Shown: piece after piece, positions 36,201-46,248 of the stretch | Numbering within the stretch: the first letter of the stretch is position 1 | How the letters are laid out: every line of letters starts with the position of its first letter | Origin: Patescibacteria group bacterium | Lineage (GTDB): Bacteria; Patescibacteriota; Patescibacteriia; Buchananbacterales; UBA6539 | Assembly: GCA_041649675.1 (NCBI GenBank) | Contig: JBAZMQ010000001.1 | Span: forward strand, 64,792-128,791 | DNA: 64,000 bases | Reading direction: 5' to 3' | Made by a program: the position numbers and the translations under genes | Notes under the pieces: generated by a model | The model's database searches: none | Told to the model about the DNA's origin: nothing | What the model saw: only the letters and a program-made list of their open reading frames with translations

Positions 36201-36841
36201 TTTCGCCATACGGTGATCCGGAAGGTCGGGTGGACTTCGCGGTTACGTCGATTGACCCGGAGCTGTTTGACATCGTCGTTGATGTTTGGGCTGATGGCTT
36301 GGCTGAAGAGTCCTGGGGATTTGGTTGGCGCGCGAAGCCGAGCTTTGATATGCCAATCACCCAAATCGATTCCAGTAACCAAGGAACCGTGGATATCACT
36401 ACGGGTCCGGGTGATGTTTCTGCCACCGCGGTAAGCATTACCTTGAGATGGAAAACCGATTTCTTCCCGCCTTTGTATGGCCAAGTCGGTATTGATGGCT
36501 CTGATCCTTCCGGGCCGTTTATCCCTGGTGCAGTCGTTCAGAAGTTGATTTGTCTGGACCTGGACGGAAGCGGCACGTTTACCGGACCAGCCTACACCTT
36601 GACCATGGACGTTGTCGGCCAAGGTACGGTTGAACCCGGTTATGGTGATCACCATTATCCGGAAGTTATTCCCGCGGGTCAATTTGGTACCAATATCCTG
36701 GTTCGGGCAATACCTGACCCTGGATGGTATTTATTACGCTGGGAAGGTGCAACAGCGAGTGAAACGGATCTAACCTCCGTTGCGCTCGTTAATGAGCCAA
36801 CTCAAACGATAAGAGCGGTGTTTGCGGAGGAGACACCGTAA
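33299..36841 (+). CDS. Giant secreted/lipoprotein surface protein with repeated Ig-like (DUF5011-type) domains and a (GE)n acidic linker
   Basis: Start taken at the internal Met with lipobox LLGVGC (ORF track 33218). Repeats of the type P.ITLLGDNP..V......DPG.T..D..DG.L (DUF5011-like). Strongly GC-rich relative to the genome, giving many antisense phantom ORFs. Confidence 0.55.
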   Translation: MKNRVLLTLLVLAVVLLGVGCPNSEPEFSVPRYDAAGNYLGTMALSSLDVVQDPQVVLNPPDNQIILTAKNFALERAYGEFTIWVSKEYPEVELSLQLFGPKKAEEAEKNLSHEQLAALSIFANAIGMGQHFSSWTDFIQVRNGTVTATIPFPELVVRMTVIRLESASATNSDAAFVFSNPLPFDEGEGEEGEGEGEIEGQNEGEGGTEGEIEGETPDNCGGGVATISVTFKPNVALFNLTSPTPATSVIEFDVAGMIGANLAAASYVIGADTLVYGPKDLQPIVNCSAKLLVCDNQNDANQIASIIVIYDKTKVPTPAGGLPSLGQLSGEVKRLTVAYTTSKSITIDKAPGIDDADGIVCGSVSGAIPAGAKVAVRTKINGNWKPFPPFVEVVNGKWCHNIYVATGDNRYSEIEAWLMAADADFPWTDAKADDVPLATTVYKRVPSISITSFPRPGTGDPEIVRVDTIVSDASKYKCVIEALTIVDGHQQWVIQLTSGQPLLSLDAFSQAAGTVSTYRVLKYWAWLVEYPLPGAIPQCTDIGIDCLGETPPSVPGWVAWNWVGLNPAIDTTPPVITLLGDNPAIVDVFTPWVDPGVTITDPDDGDLTANLVVTGAVNTSVLGTYMVHYNVSDASGNPATEVIRTVVVVDRGFPVITLPVSSPQSWDVGVTYVASVATVTDNYDTGLTAQVVVSVDTTKPGSGSVTYTAIDSSGNTTTVILVVNVVDNTPPVIEPIADITMHQWDFQTVQLTATDNIPTGLVWKSVVSSDPLLELDFTQDGLVRLYTHDVAGVATVTVTLADASGLETIAIFQVTVCECQGPLIEVLQSPSYGTWDNLLVKVTCYNPNDLVLFTQVSVPSDLEAILPPKPAGPWWPKDNWGLAGLKVIDPITKEANIQVATGGFDNTANAISVAAVQAVVNGVPLAASDLPPGNDLQQAYIGIEPFQIRGTLNSLFIDKTPKIVPLFVSPYGDPEGRVDFAVTSIDPELFDIVVDVWADGLAEESWGFGWRAKPSFDMPITQIDSSNQGTVDITTGPGDVSATAVSITLRWKTDFFPPLYGQVGIDGSDPSGPFIPGAVVQKLICLDLDGSGTFTGPAYTLTMDVVGQGTVEPGYGDHHYPEVIPAGQFGTNILVRAIPDPGWYLLRWEGATASETDLTSVALVNEPTQTIRAVFAEETP

Positions 36842-36982
36842 TTGCTATTTGTGTTCAGCCCTTAGATTGTTTAATCTGAGGGCTTCTTTTTTTACTTAAT
36901 AAACCTAAAGAGGGCATTTTTGTTGTTTAATTTGACAAAGTATTCAAAATATGATATAAATTAGATAGCTTAAAACTTAGCT

Positions 36983-38821
36983 ATGAAACAGCGCAAAAAG
37001 GACAAAAAAATAAAATACGTTGACTTGCGCCAGATTGATACTGATCATGATGGTCTTTCTGATTATGACGAAATCAATGTCTATGGCAGTGATCCAAATA
37101 ATTCCGATACGGATAATGATGGAATTGATGACGGTGATGATGTTAAGCAGGGTTTCAATCCTCGGACGGAAAATATAAAAAATCTTTTTATACCTAGACG
37201 GAGCAATAAATATCAGCCGCAGATTTTAAGACCAAAGCGTTTGGTTTTTTATAGTTTCAGCGCGGTTTTAATGAAATTGATTATTATTGCTTTTGTTTTT
37301 TTCGTTCCCATTACCGCTTTTTTAACGCCAGATATTTTAAGCCAGGAAAGTAAAAAAGTAATTGAATTGACAAATAAAATTCGGGCGTCGTTATCAATTT
37401 CTATTTTGAAAGAAAATAGCACTTTGGACCAGGCAGCAATTAATAAAGCTCAAGATATGTTATTGCAGCAGTATTTTGCTCATGTCGGCCCAGATAAAAA
37501 GAATTTAACAGATTGGTTAAGTTTAGTCGGTTACAGCTATGACATTGCTGGTGAAAATTTAGCCTTGGGTTTTGCTAATGCTTCTGATGTGGTTAATGCT
37601 TGGGCTAAAAGTAAAACTCACTATGCCAATATGATTGATCCGGATTTTTCGGAAGTCGGGGTGGGCATGGTTAGCGGTACTTACACTGGCCATGATACGA
37701 CCTTGGCCGCTCAATATTTTGGTGCGCCAAGAGCCAGCGCGCAAAATAATACCGTGACTAAAGCCACTGCTACTCCAAGTCCGGCCCCAAAACCGGCAAC
37801 TCCAGTGGCAGTTAAACCAGCGTCAACTACTCAGCCAGCTTCAGTAGTAACCAAGACTGAGGGGGATAAGAAAGTTGCTTTAGCAAAAATTGATAATACA
37901 CCAAAAAAATTGATTCCCACTCCGGTTGTGGCAGTTGCCCCAAAACCTCAAGGAGTAGTAGTGGCTGCGCCAACGGTTGCCACCTCTACGTCGGCGGTGG
38001 TAGAAAAGAAAATAGCTTTGGCTGTTCCGGTTTTGATAACGCCAGCTAATAACGCCTTAGTTAATCAAAAAGAAGTTCAGTTAGAAATTTCGGCCCAGCA
38101 GGCGCAAAAAGTTTTGGTTTATAATAATTCCTTAGAAATTGCAGCCAGCAATGCTTTAAATAATGGAATTATTAATTTGGCCGTTCAATTAAACGAAGGT
38201 GAAAATAAAATTAATATTAAATCTTTTCGCGGCTTGGAATTTAAGGTCTCGCCCCAATACAACATTAGCGTTGATACGGTTTTGCCGTCAGTTGATATAG
38301 AAAAAAGCAAAGTGATAGTTTCTGAGCCAACAGTTGGTGATGAAAGAGTGGTAAAAGTAACAGCCTATGTTAGCTCGGATGTAAAAAAAGCTTATGCTAC
38401 CCTGGCTGATTATAAAATTGATTTACAGCTGACTAAAGATGATTTAGGAAAAGATGTTTGGAGCGGGCAAACGATTATATTTAATTACAGTGATAGCAAA
38501 CTTTTTAATACAGTAGTTTTACCAAATATCACGATTGAAGATCAGGCGGGTAATATTTCTACTTATGATATCTCTTGGGATAAAATTATACCAGTTAATC
38601 CATCTCTTTTAAAACAATACTTTTTTATCAAAGACTACCCCTTAAGTAAAAATGTTAATCTATTATTTGATATTTCAGGTTGGTTTTATAAATTTATTTT
38701 GACCGTAGCAATTATTTCTTTGCTACTTAACATATTCATTCAAATTAGACGGCAGTATCCTAGAGTTATACTTTCAACCTTGGGTTTTATCTTGCTGTTA
38801 GGTATTTTAATAGTCGTTTAA
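36983..38821 (+). CDS. Surface protein with N-terminal Asp-rich Ca-binding-like repeats, a CAP/SCP (PR-1-like) domain, a Pro/Ala/Thr-rich linker and a C-terminal TM anchor
   Basis: DTDHDGLSDYDE / DTDNDGIDDGDD repeats; the CAP domain segment HYANMIDPDFSEVGVGMV. Confidence 0.55.
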   Translation: MKQRKKDKKIKYVDLRQIDTDHDGLSDYDEINVYGSDPNNSDTDNDGIDDGDDVKQGFNPRTENIKNLFIPRRSNKYQPQILRPKRLVFYSFSAVLMKLIIIAFVFFVPITAFLTPDILSQESKKVIELTNKIRASLSISILKENSTLDQAAINKAQDMLLQQYFAHVGPDKKNLTDWLSLVGYSYDIAGENLALGFANASDVVNAWAKSKTHYANMIDPDFSEVGVGMVSGTYTGHDTTLAAQYFGAPRASAQNNTVTKATATPSPAPKPATPVAVKPASTTQPASVVTKTEGDKKVALAKIDNTPKKLIPTPVVAVAPKPQGVVVAAPTVATSTSAVVEKKIALAVPVLITPANNALVNQKEVQLEISAQQAQKVLVYNNSLEIAASNALNNGIINLAVQLNEGENKINIKSFRGLEFKVSPQYNISVDTVLPSVDIEKSKVIVSEPTVGDERVVKVTAYVSSDVKKAYATLADYKIDLQLTKDDLGKDVWSGQTIIFNYSDSKLFNTVVLPNITIEDQAGNISTYDISWDKIIPVNPSLLKQYFFIKDYPLSKNVNLLFDISGWFYKFILTVAIISLLLNIFIQIRRQYPRVILSTLGFILLLGILIVV

Positions 38822-39040
38822 ATTTCAATAAGGGGAGGGGAAAATGCATTCAGCTAAAACTCATACTTTTAAATATTAGTCCCAGCTTTTATGGCTGGGT
38901 TTTTAGATAAATTGTTAGTCTTGACTTTTTCGTTAATTAATGATAGAGTATAATGATTTAATAAAGTAAATAATTTTGCTTTATTAAGCTAAAATTTTAT
39001 TATATTCAAGCTATATTTAATTTAAATTTATATTAATTTT

Positions 39041-39994
39041 ATGGCAAAACTGATTTCAATTATTATTCCGGTTTATAACGAACAAGATAATATTTTTTTA
39101 ATTTATCAAGCGTTGGTTGAGCAGTTCAAAAAATTAGGTAGTCAGTATGATTACGAAATTATTTTTGTGAATGACGGCAGTACGGATAAGAGTTTGGAGC
39201 AGATTAATCAATTGTCGCAAAGGGACTTAAAAATAAAGTATTTGGAATTTTCCCGTAATTTTGGTAAAGAGTTTGCCACCAGCGCTGGTTTAAAGTATTG
39301 TCTTGGCGGTGCCGCTATTCTGATTGATGCTGATTTGCAGCACCCGCCAGAAATTTTGTCACAATTTATTACTAGGTGGCAGGCTGGGGCAGACATGGTC
39401 ATCGGAGTTAGAAAAAAATACCAAAGCGCTAATTTATTTAAGCGTTTAACCTCAAGCTTATTTTACCGGATCATGAATTTTATTAGTGGCACTAAAATTA
39501 CGGCTAAAGCGACTGATTATCGTTTAATTGATCGTAAGGTAATTGATGAATTTAATCGTTTGACCGAGCATAACCGAATCACTCGGGGGTTGTTGGATTG
39601 GCTGGGCTTTAAAAGGGATTATGTTTATTTTACCGCCGGCAAAAGGATTAATGGTAAAATTTCTTATAACAAAGTTAAGCTTTTCAAGCTGGCGGTATCA
39701 GCTTTAGTTACCCATAGTTTATTGCCACTAAAAGTTGCTGGCTATCTGGGGCTGATTATTATTGTATTTTCCGGGCCACTGGGATTTTTCATTTTTATTG
39801 ATAAATACATGATCAATGATCCCTTTGGTTTTGCTTTTTCCGGACCAGCAATTTTGGCAGTTATTAATTTGTTTTTAGTTGGAATTACTCTAAGTTGTTT
39901 GGGGTTGATTGCTTTGTATATTGGTAATATTCAAACCGAAGTGATGAATCGGCCACTTTATATTATTAGGGATAAAAAGAACATCACTAAATAA
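39041..39994 (+). CDS. GT2 polyprenyl-phosphate glycosyltransferase (GtrB/ArnC/DPM1-like, C-terminal TM helices)
   Basis: IIIPVYNEQDNI, DGSTD and DADLQHPPE motifs plus two C-terminal TM segments. Confidence 0.8.
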   Translation: MAKLISIIIPVYNEQDNIFLIYQALVEQFKKLGSQYDYEIIFVNDGSTDKSLEQINQLSQRDLKIKYLEFSRNFGKEFATSAGLKYCLGGAAILIDADLQHPPEILSQFITRWQAGADMVIGVRKKYQSANLFKRLTSSLFYRIMNFISGTKITAKATDYRLIDRKVIDEFNRLTEHNRITRGLLDWLGFKRDYVYFTAGKRINGKISYNKVKLFKLAVSALVTHSLLPLKVAGYLGLIIIVFSGPLGFFIFIDKYMINDPFGFAFSGPAILAVINLFLVGITLSCLGLIALYIGNIQTEVMNRPLYIIRDKKNITK

Positions 39995-40833
39995 TGAATG
40001 AACAATCCTTAAAACCTAAAGTTTCCGTTCTCCTGACTGCCTATAACAATCAGGCTTATATCAAACAAGCAATTGAAAGTATTTTAAATCAAACATTTTC
40101 TGAATTTGAATTTATTATTATTGACGACGCTTCAACTGACAACACTTGGGCAATAATCAGTGACTATGCCGCAAAAGATTTGCGAATCAGGATATACAAA
40201 AACGGTTTGAACTTAGGTATAAGTAAAAATCGAAATAGGCTTATTAGTTTGGCTCGAGGTGAATATATTGTTTGGCAAGATGCCGATGATATTTCTTTGC
40301 CCAACCGTTTAGCCAATCAAGTTAGCTTTATGCAGAGCCAGCCTGAAGTTGCTATCAGTGGTGGTTACCTTCAATTTTTTAATGAAACTCAAGGTAATTT
40401 AAGCATCAGAAAATATGCTGTTGCTGATAAGGAGCTACGGGCAAAAATTTTTCGTTATTCGCCCCTAGCTCAACCCTCAGCAATTGTTCGCAAAGACGCC
40501 TTGGTAAAAATTGGTGGCTATGATGAAACTTTAGCCGTAGCCGAAGATTTGGATGTTGTTTTTCGGATTGGCCAAGATTATAAATTTGCTAATCTAGCCC
40601 AAGTCCTAGTTTTGTATCGTCAGCAATCACAGTCAATCACTTTCAAAAAACTTAAAATTTTGGAATTAAATACTCTGAAAATTAGGTTTCATTTCGTGAG
40701 GAATAAAAGCTATAAGCCTAATTTTTTTGATATTTTGTACAATTTGGGCCAATTTTTAACGCTTTATTTATTGCCGGCCAAATTCAGAGTTAAAATTTTT
40801 GATCGTTTCAGGAATCAAAAAATTTATGGATAA
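39994..40833 (+). CDS. Glycosyltransferase family 2
   Basis: VSVLLTAYNNQAYIKQAIESILNQTF, DDASTD and a DxD motif. Confidence 0.8.
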   Translation: MNEQSLKPKVSVLLTAYNNQAYIKQAIESILNQTFSEFEFIIIDDASTDNTWAIISDYAAKDLRIRIYKNGLNLGISKNRNRLISLARGEYIVWQDADDISLPNRLANQVSFMQSQPEVAISGGYLQFFNETQGNLSIRKYAVADKELRAKIFRYSPLAQPSAIVRKDALVKIGGYDETLAVAEDLDVVFRIGQDYKFANLAQVLVLYRQQSQSITFKKLKILELNTLKIRFHFVRNKSYKPNFFDILYNLGQFLTLYLLPAKFRVKIFDRFRNQKIYG

Positions 40834-41659
40834 AATTTTGCCAAAAATTTCAGTTATCATGCCGTTTTATAATGCTAAAGATTTTTTGGCCCAAGCGGTT
40901 GAAAGCATTTTGAACCAGACCTTTGCCGATTTTGAGCTGATAATTATCAATGACGCTTCAACTGATAACTCCGAGCAAATTATTCAGCCATTTTTAGCCG
41001 ACAAAAGGATTGTTTACGTAAAAAATGATAAAAATCAGGGTATTGTTAATAATTTAAATTATGGTTTAAAAATTGCTAAAGCGGAAATCATTGCTCGGAT
41101 GGACGGCGATGATGTTTCTTTACCCACTCGGCTAGAGGAACAATTTCAGTTTTTATTGGAAAATCATAATATTGCCGCGGTTGGGTCATTTGTCAAAATT
41201 ATTGATGAAAATAGCCAAGAAATTGATCAGCGGACAAAACCAATTGATCCCCAAGTTATAAAAAATAATTTAATAATTTATTCACCACTGGTTCATCCGG
41301 CCACCATGTTTCGTAAATCAATCATTTTGCAGGTTGGGGGATATAGAAATCAGTATTTATATGTTGAAGACATTGATTTATGGTATCGGCTTGTTTATTC
41401 TGGATTTAAAATTTCCAATGTTAGTAAATTTTTATTGGGCTATCGTTATCACAAAAACTCTACGGCCAATCAGGCAAAAGCCAATGCTAAGAGAGCCTTC
41501 AAATTAAGAATGGAAACTATTAAACGGTTCAGATTAAAGATAAGTTTTAAACAGTATTTATTAATTTATGCTCAGTTAATCGCCGGACTTATTCTTTCTG
41601 GTCGCCAGCGGCAACACTTAGAAGGCATATACAAAAAGATTGTTTATCATGATAAATAG
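40826..41659 (+). CDS. Glycosyltransferase family 2
   Basis: ISVIMPFYNAKDFLAQAVESILNQTF, NDASTD. Start taken at the internal Met MDKIL (ORF track 40799). Confidence 0.8.
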   Translation: MDKILPKISVIMPFYNAKDFLAQAVESILNQTFADFELIIINDASTDNSEQIIQPFLADKRIVYVKNDKNQGIVNNLNYGLKIAKAEIIARMDGDDVSLPTRLEEQFQFLLENHNIAAVGSFVKIIDENSQEIDQRTKPIDPQVIKNNLIIYSPLVHPATMFRKSIILQVGGYRNQYLYVEDIDLWYRLVYSGFKISNVSKFLLGYRYHKNSTANQAKANAKRAFKLRMETIKRFRLKISFKQYLLIYAQLIAGLILSGRQRQHLEGIYKKIVYHDK

Positions 41660-44072
41660 AAAACAAAATTTTATTTTTCGCAACTGGCATTGGCTGGTAT
41701 TTTTATTTTTGGCTTTTATCTGCCTTGCCTTTTTGCTATTTCAGCGAGGCATTTGGGCTTTTGCCGATAGCGGTTTTTATTACCAAAATATTTTAGAAGC
41801 CAAAAAAATTGCTTTTGCCAAACTGGGACAATTTGCCAATACTGATGGTTTTTATTTGGGGTTTGATAACTCAGCTCAAAGTTTTTCCCATTTAATTATT
41901 TCTTTTTATCAAGTTTTTTTAACCTCAATTTTTGGTTCTGACTTAGGCCAAATAATTTATTATTTTGTTTATTATTTCCTCTGTTTTTATTTTGGTCAAA
42001 AATTATTGAAGAAATTATTTTTTGAGCTAAAACCAAACCAGATCAGGCTCGGGGCTTTGTTTTTGACTTTTAATCCTTTTTCGCTTTTGCTTACCACTTT
42101 ATTTACCATTAGCTATATCTATCCATTATTTATTATCTTTTTTTATGCTTTATTAAACTACCTGGATAAGGGTAAAACTTTGAATCTGCTCTTGGCGGTA
42201 TTTTGCAGTCTTTATCTGTTTTCTTATTTACGTTTAATTCCGATTGTTGGTTTAACTTTTTTATTCCTGGTTTGGATATTTTACGACCGAATTAATTTTA
42301 ATTTAAAACGGCTTTTGATTTTGGCTATTGTTGTATTTTTATGTATTAGCCCGTTTCTGGTTGGCAATTTTCAATTCTTTGGTAATTCAAGCGATGTAGT
42401 GAGCAATTACAAAGATTCGTTTAGCAAATATCAACCGGCCAATTATAATTTTAAACAGTCTTTTGTCAATTCTTTAACTAATCCTGGCGGTTTTACCCCT
42501 TCAGCTCTCAGTTTTTTTTATAATAATCGGGGTATTCCTGGGTTTGCCGATAATTACGCGCAAAATAATACTTTTGAATTTTATAAATTTATTCAATTGC
42601 TGTTTAACGTTTTGTTGTTAATTGCAGTTTTGTTCTTTTTGAAAGACAGAAGGAGTCTAAAAATTTTTATTACCCTTTGTTTTGTATTATTTTTAAATAC
42701 CTTGGGTAATTTTTTTAGCTTAGATTTTTTTAATGAAGCTAATAAAACGGTTTTAATTTTTTTGTATAACGACTATGGCTTTTTACAATTTGTTCAAAGT
42801 TTTTTATTAGCCTTTCTTCTAGTAATTTTGTTTCACTCTTTCCAAAAAAAATCAATTAATCATTATTTCAATGGCTTGATTTATTTTATAGTCATTAGCT
42901 ATTTAGTTATCAATGCTTTGCCATTTTTGAGTAATCATTATGGTTTTAAAAAGATTAATTATATTCCCAATGATTACAAACAAGAACTTTTTACCGACAC
43001 TGACTATGATTTTTCTGAGGCAACAATTTTTGCGCCTTATCATTGGCTGCACTTTAAATGGTCGCCATACTTTTTAGATTTGAATACGGCTACTTACTCA
43101 AAGTACAAAAGTTTATTGGTTCCTAATCTAAGATTTATTAATGGTGATTTAGCTAAATTTTACAACCAAATCTATAATAATTTTGACAAGGATCAATTTC
43201 AAAATCTAGCCATTTTTAATGTCAAAAGTATTTTTGTCTTCAATGATGTTTTAGATGCCAATAAAAATATTGATACTTATGAAGTTATTAATATTGAAAA
43301 TGCTGCCAAAAATCTTGAGCTGGCGCTTAGAAGTCGCAGTGATGTTTACCTGGCCAATGATTATTCAAATTTTAGTCATTTTAGATTTAACAGTGCTGAT
43401 GATTATGACTTTTTTATTTATTCGCCTAAAAAATTATTTAATCTAAATTTTGATAATTTTTATAATACAAAATTAGATTTATCCGTTCGGCCCCTGGTTT
43501 TTAATCAATCAAATTTCAATGTGGTAAATTTAATTGACGAAGGTGTTTGGTTAAACAACAGTCCAACAATTGATATTAAGGCATTTAGCAACAATCCAAA
43601 CAAGTACTATCTAAAATTGACTAACTTAAATAAAAATTTGCCGTTCTTGGTCCAATTTAACCAAATGTTTTCGCCGGCCTGGCGAGTCTATTTTACCGAT
43701 CAAAAAGAATGGGATAGTCAAAATTGTCAATCGGGATTTAAAACTTTCAAGCTGACTGGCAATAGCCGTTGCTTGGTTGACGGTTTGGCCGCAGATTATG
43801 ATGATTTAAAATTAATTAATAAAAAATATCTAAAACCCCAGAATCATTTTGTCGGCAATTTGGTTGGCAATGCCTTCCTTTTTGAACCCCAAGATATTAG
43901 CAGCCAAACTAATAAAACCGGCGAAATTTATTTGGTTATTTATTTTCAAAAGCAACTCTATTATCTTATTTGTTTAACCATTTCTGGCTTAACATTTTTC
44001 GTCTTAATTGTTTTGAGTTTATTTCAAGTTTTTAGACAAAAGAAAATCGGTAAACATTATGAAAAGAAATAA
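41640..44072 (+). CDS. Large polytopic membrane protein (about 13 TM plus a large C-terminal extracytoplasmic domain), GT-C-fold glycosyltransferase-like
   Basis: Topology only; sits in the glycosylation locus downstream of a GtrB-like gene. Confidence 0.4.
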   Translation: MFIMINRKQNFIFRNWHWLVFLFLAFICLAFLLFQRGIWAFADSGFYYQNILEAKKIAFAKLGQFANTDGFYLGFDNSAQSFSHLIISFYQVFLTSIFGSDLGQIIYYFVYYFLCFYFGQKLLKKLFFELKPNQIRLGALFLTFNPFSLLLTTLFTISYIYPLFIIFFYALLNYLDKGKTLNLLLAVFCSLYLFSYLRLIPIVGLTFLFLVWIFYDRINFNLKRLLILAIVVFLCISPFLVGNFQFFGNSSDVVSNYKDSFSKYQPANYNFKQSFVNSLTNPGGFTPSALSFFYNNRGIPGFADNYAQNNTFEFYKFIQLLFNVLLLIAVLFFLKDRRSLKIFITLCFVLFLNTLGNFFSLDFFNEANKTVLIFLYNDYGFLQFVQSFLLAFLLVILFHSFQKKSINHYFNGLIYFIVISYLVINALPFLSNHYGFKKINYIPNDYKQELFTDTDYDFSEATIFAPYHWLHFKWSPYFLDLNTATYSKYKSLLVPNLRFINGDLAKFYNQIYNNFDKDQFQNLAIFNVKSIFVFNDVLDANKNIDTYEVINIENAAKNLELALRSRSDVYLANDYSNFSHFRFNSADDYDFFIYSPKKLFNLNFDNFYNTKLDLSVRPLVFNQSNFNVVNLIDEGVWLNNSPTIDIKAFSNNPNKYYLKLTNLNKNLPFLVQFNQMFSPAWRVYFTDQKEWDSQNCQSGFKTFKLTGNSRCLVDGLAADYDDLKLINKKYLKPQNHFVGNLVGNAFLFEPQDISSQTNKTGEIYLVIYFQKQLYYLICLTISGLTFFVLIVLSLFQVFRQKKIGKHYEKK

Positions 44073-46248
44073 ACGAAAAATTTATTTTAAATTAGTAATT
44101 GCTTTATTGGTGCTTACTTTTTTGGCGTACCTAGTTTTTTTATTGGCCGCTAAACAAATAAATTTTTCCGATCAGGCTTATGTTGCTAGAAATATTTCCC
44201 TAGTTTTTACCGACCAAAATGTATCAGCCCAAGAGCCAAAATTGGATTTTTTAATTGCTGATTTAAAAAATATCAGCAAAACCGTTTCAAATTCAGTGGT
44301 GGTTCAAGTCAATCCCTTTGACCAAAGTAAACTGATCAATCTTTTATTGTCACAGGCTAATAATATTTATATAGACATATTTACTAATAAAATTGCCAAT
44401 AATCTAAGCCAAGCAACTTTTACCAATAAATTTAATATTACTTTGCCCTTTGAAGTAAGGTCTTATTTAACAAAAGATAATGACCTTAAAATTATTTACA
44501 ACAGGGAAACTAGGTTAGTTAAATTAATTTTGGCTGGACAAAATTTTCAGATTAATGATTCAATTCTTAAGCTTAATGATTTGACGGTTTTTCAGATTGA
44601 TAATATTGATCGTGATTCTATCATCCAGATTGGCGATTTATTTATAGATTTAAGCAGCTACAAAAATAATTTAGCAACATCAATTGCCAACTTGCTTAAT
44701 GGCAATGTTAAAAATTACAAAGTTGATAGCCTTAATTTATTGGCTAAAAATAATTTTTCTTTTGAAACTGGCGCTTGGACTAGCCAAGTAGCTGATTGTA
44801 GCGCTTACCTCGGCGGACAGCCAGCAATTAATATGTCACTGGAGAATGATGCGACGAATGGCAAAAAATCACTGGCCCTGACTGCGCAAAATCATTTTGC
44901 CTGCAGCTATTTTACTTTTCCTGTTAATTTAAATAAAAATAAAATTTACAAACTTTCTTTTGATTACAAAACCTTGAAGGGTAATAAGATTCAGTATTAT
45001 TATAATCTAAAAAATACTGTTAATTTAGTGCAGGAAAAATTTGGCTCAATAAAAACTCTTGATAGCAGCTGGCATAATTTGGTAACTTTTATCAAACCAG
45101 AAATTGATTTGGCCAATCGCTTCAGCCTTTATTTTTATGCACCATCTGATGGTTCAGAGACTTTAACTGATTTGTATGACAATGTTGCCCTTGATTCCTA
45201 TGGGTTGGTAAAAGAAATTCCGGTTTCTGGCTTAAACTTTCCTAAGAATTACGGCTTGGCAAATTGGTTAGTTTTAGCGCCTGGCCAAAATAGTCTTAGC
45301 TATCTAAGCTTAAGCACAAATCTATTAAACAATTTTAATTATTCATTTGAGCAAGGTTTTTGGACAAAACAAGTTCAGGATTGCAGTAATTATTTGCCCG
45401 GGCAGGCGAGTATTGGCATGTCTCTAAAAAATAATGGTACGAATGGCAAAAAATCACTAGCTCTGGCTTCACAAAATCATTTTGCCTGCAGCTATTTTAC
45501 TTTTCCTGTCAGCCTGCAGCGCGACAAGCTTTACGTACTCTCATTTGATTATAAGACTGTAGCTGGCAACAAGATTCAATATTACTATAATTTGCAAAAT
45601 GATTTATGGCAGCAGCAAGAAAAATTTGAATCAGTTGAAAGCTCAAATGACAGCTGGAATAAGTTTGAAACCATAATTAATCCTCAAATTGAAAACAGCA
45701 ATAGTTTCAGTCTTTATTTTTATGCGCCGTCTGACGGTTCAAAAACTTTGATTAATCAATATGATAATGTGAGACTGCAAGAGTTTGCCCCAAAAGAAAT
45801 TTATTCCTACTATTTGTATGCTCAACAAAACCTGGCCAAGCCTTTTAGCTTAAAGTCAATTGAGACAATCCAGCTTAACCGTTGGCAAAGCCGAATTAAG
45901 TTAACTGCGGCCAAAGGTTCGCTACTGCTAGTTTGGCCGCCGGCATATAATTTGAGCGCCAAGCTTTATCTTGTTCAAAATCAACAGGCTAATTGGTTAA
46001 ATCAGTTGGCTAATCTAACTAAACAATCAATTAATGACAATCTGCATTTTCAGGTTCAAACTGACAGTAATGGTTGGTTGCTAAATATTGATTCTTTGTG
46101 CCAAAACTCAAAGGTTTGCCAGAAAAATTTAGACGGAACTTACGATGTTTCTTTGCTAGTGCAAAATGATTTTTATAAGTTTAGCTATTTATTTTTTTGG
46201 CTCACGCTAACAATTTTAGTTCTGGCCGCAATTTATTTTAATTTATGA
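44059..46248 (+). CDS. Membrane-anchored protein with two tandem carbohydrate-binding-module-like domains (CBM4/9/22-like)
   Basis: Two ~150-aa repeats (FSFETGAWTSQVADCSAYLGGQ... / YSFEQGFWTKQVQDCSNYLPGQ...) with stretches of near-identical DNA. Confidence 0.45.
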   Translation: MKRNKRKIYFKLVIALLVLTFLAYLVFLLAAKQINFSDQAYVARNISLVFTDQNVSAQEPKLDFLIADLKNISKTVSNSVVVQVNPFDQSKLINLLLSQANNIYIDIFTNKIANNLSQATFTNKFNITLPFEVRSYLTKDNDLKIIYNRETRLVKLILAGQNFQINDSILKLNDLTVFQIDNIDRDSIIQIGDLFIDLSSYKNNLATSIANLLNGNVKNYKVDSLNLLAKNNFSFETGAWTSQVADCSAYLGGQPAINMSLENDATNGKKSLALTAQNHFACSYFTFPVNLNKNKIYKLSFDYKTLKGNKIQYYYNLKNTVNLVQEKFGSIKTLDSSWHNLVTFIKPEIDLANRFSLYFYAPSDGSETLTDLYDNVALDSYGLVKEIPVSGLNFPKNYGLANWLVLAPGQNSLSYLSLSTNLLNNFNYSFEQGFWTKQVQDCSNYLPGQASIGMSLKNNGTNGKKSLALASQNHFACSYFTFPVSLQRDKLYVLSFDYKTVAGNKIQYYYNLQNDLWQQQEKFESVESSNDSWNKFETIINPQIENSNSFSLYFYAPSDGSKTLINQYDNVRLQEFAPKEIYSYYLYAQQNLAKPFSLKSIETIQLNRWQSRIKLTAAKGSLLLVWPPAYNLSAKLYLVQNQQANWLNQLANLTKQSINDNLHFQVQTDSNGWLLNIDSLCQNSKVCQKNLDGTYDVSLLVQNDFYKFSYLFFWLTLTILVLAAIYFNL

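Noticed and set aside
33412-36682. About 12 ORFs (up to 297 aa) antisense or alternate frame within the giant DUF5011 gene
   Set aside because: The GC-rich gene generates long stop-free antisense frames; translations are low-complexity (R/G/P-rich).
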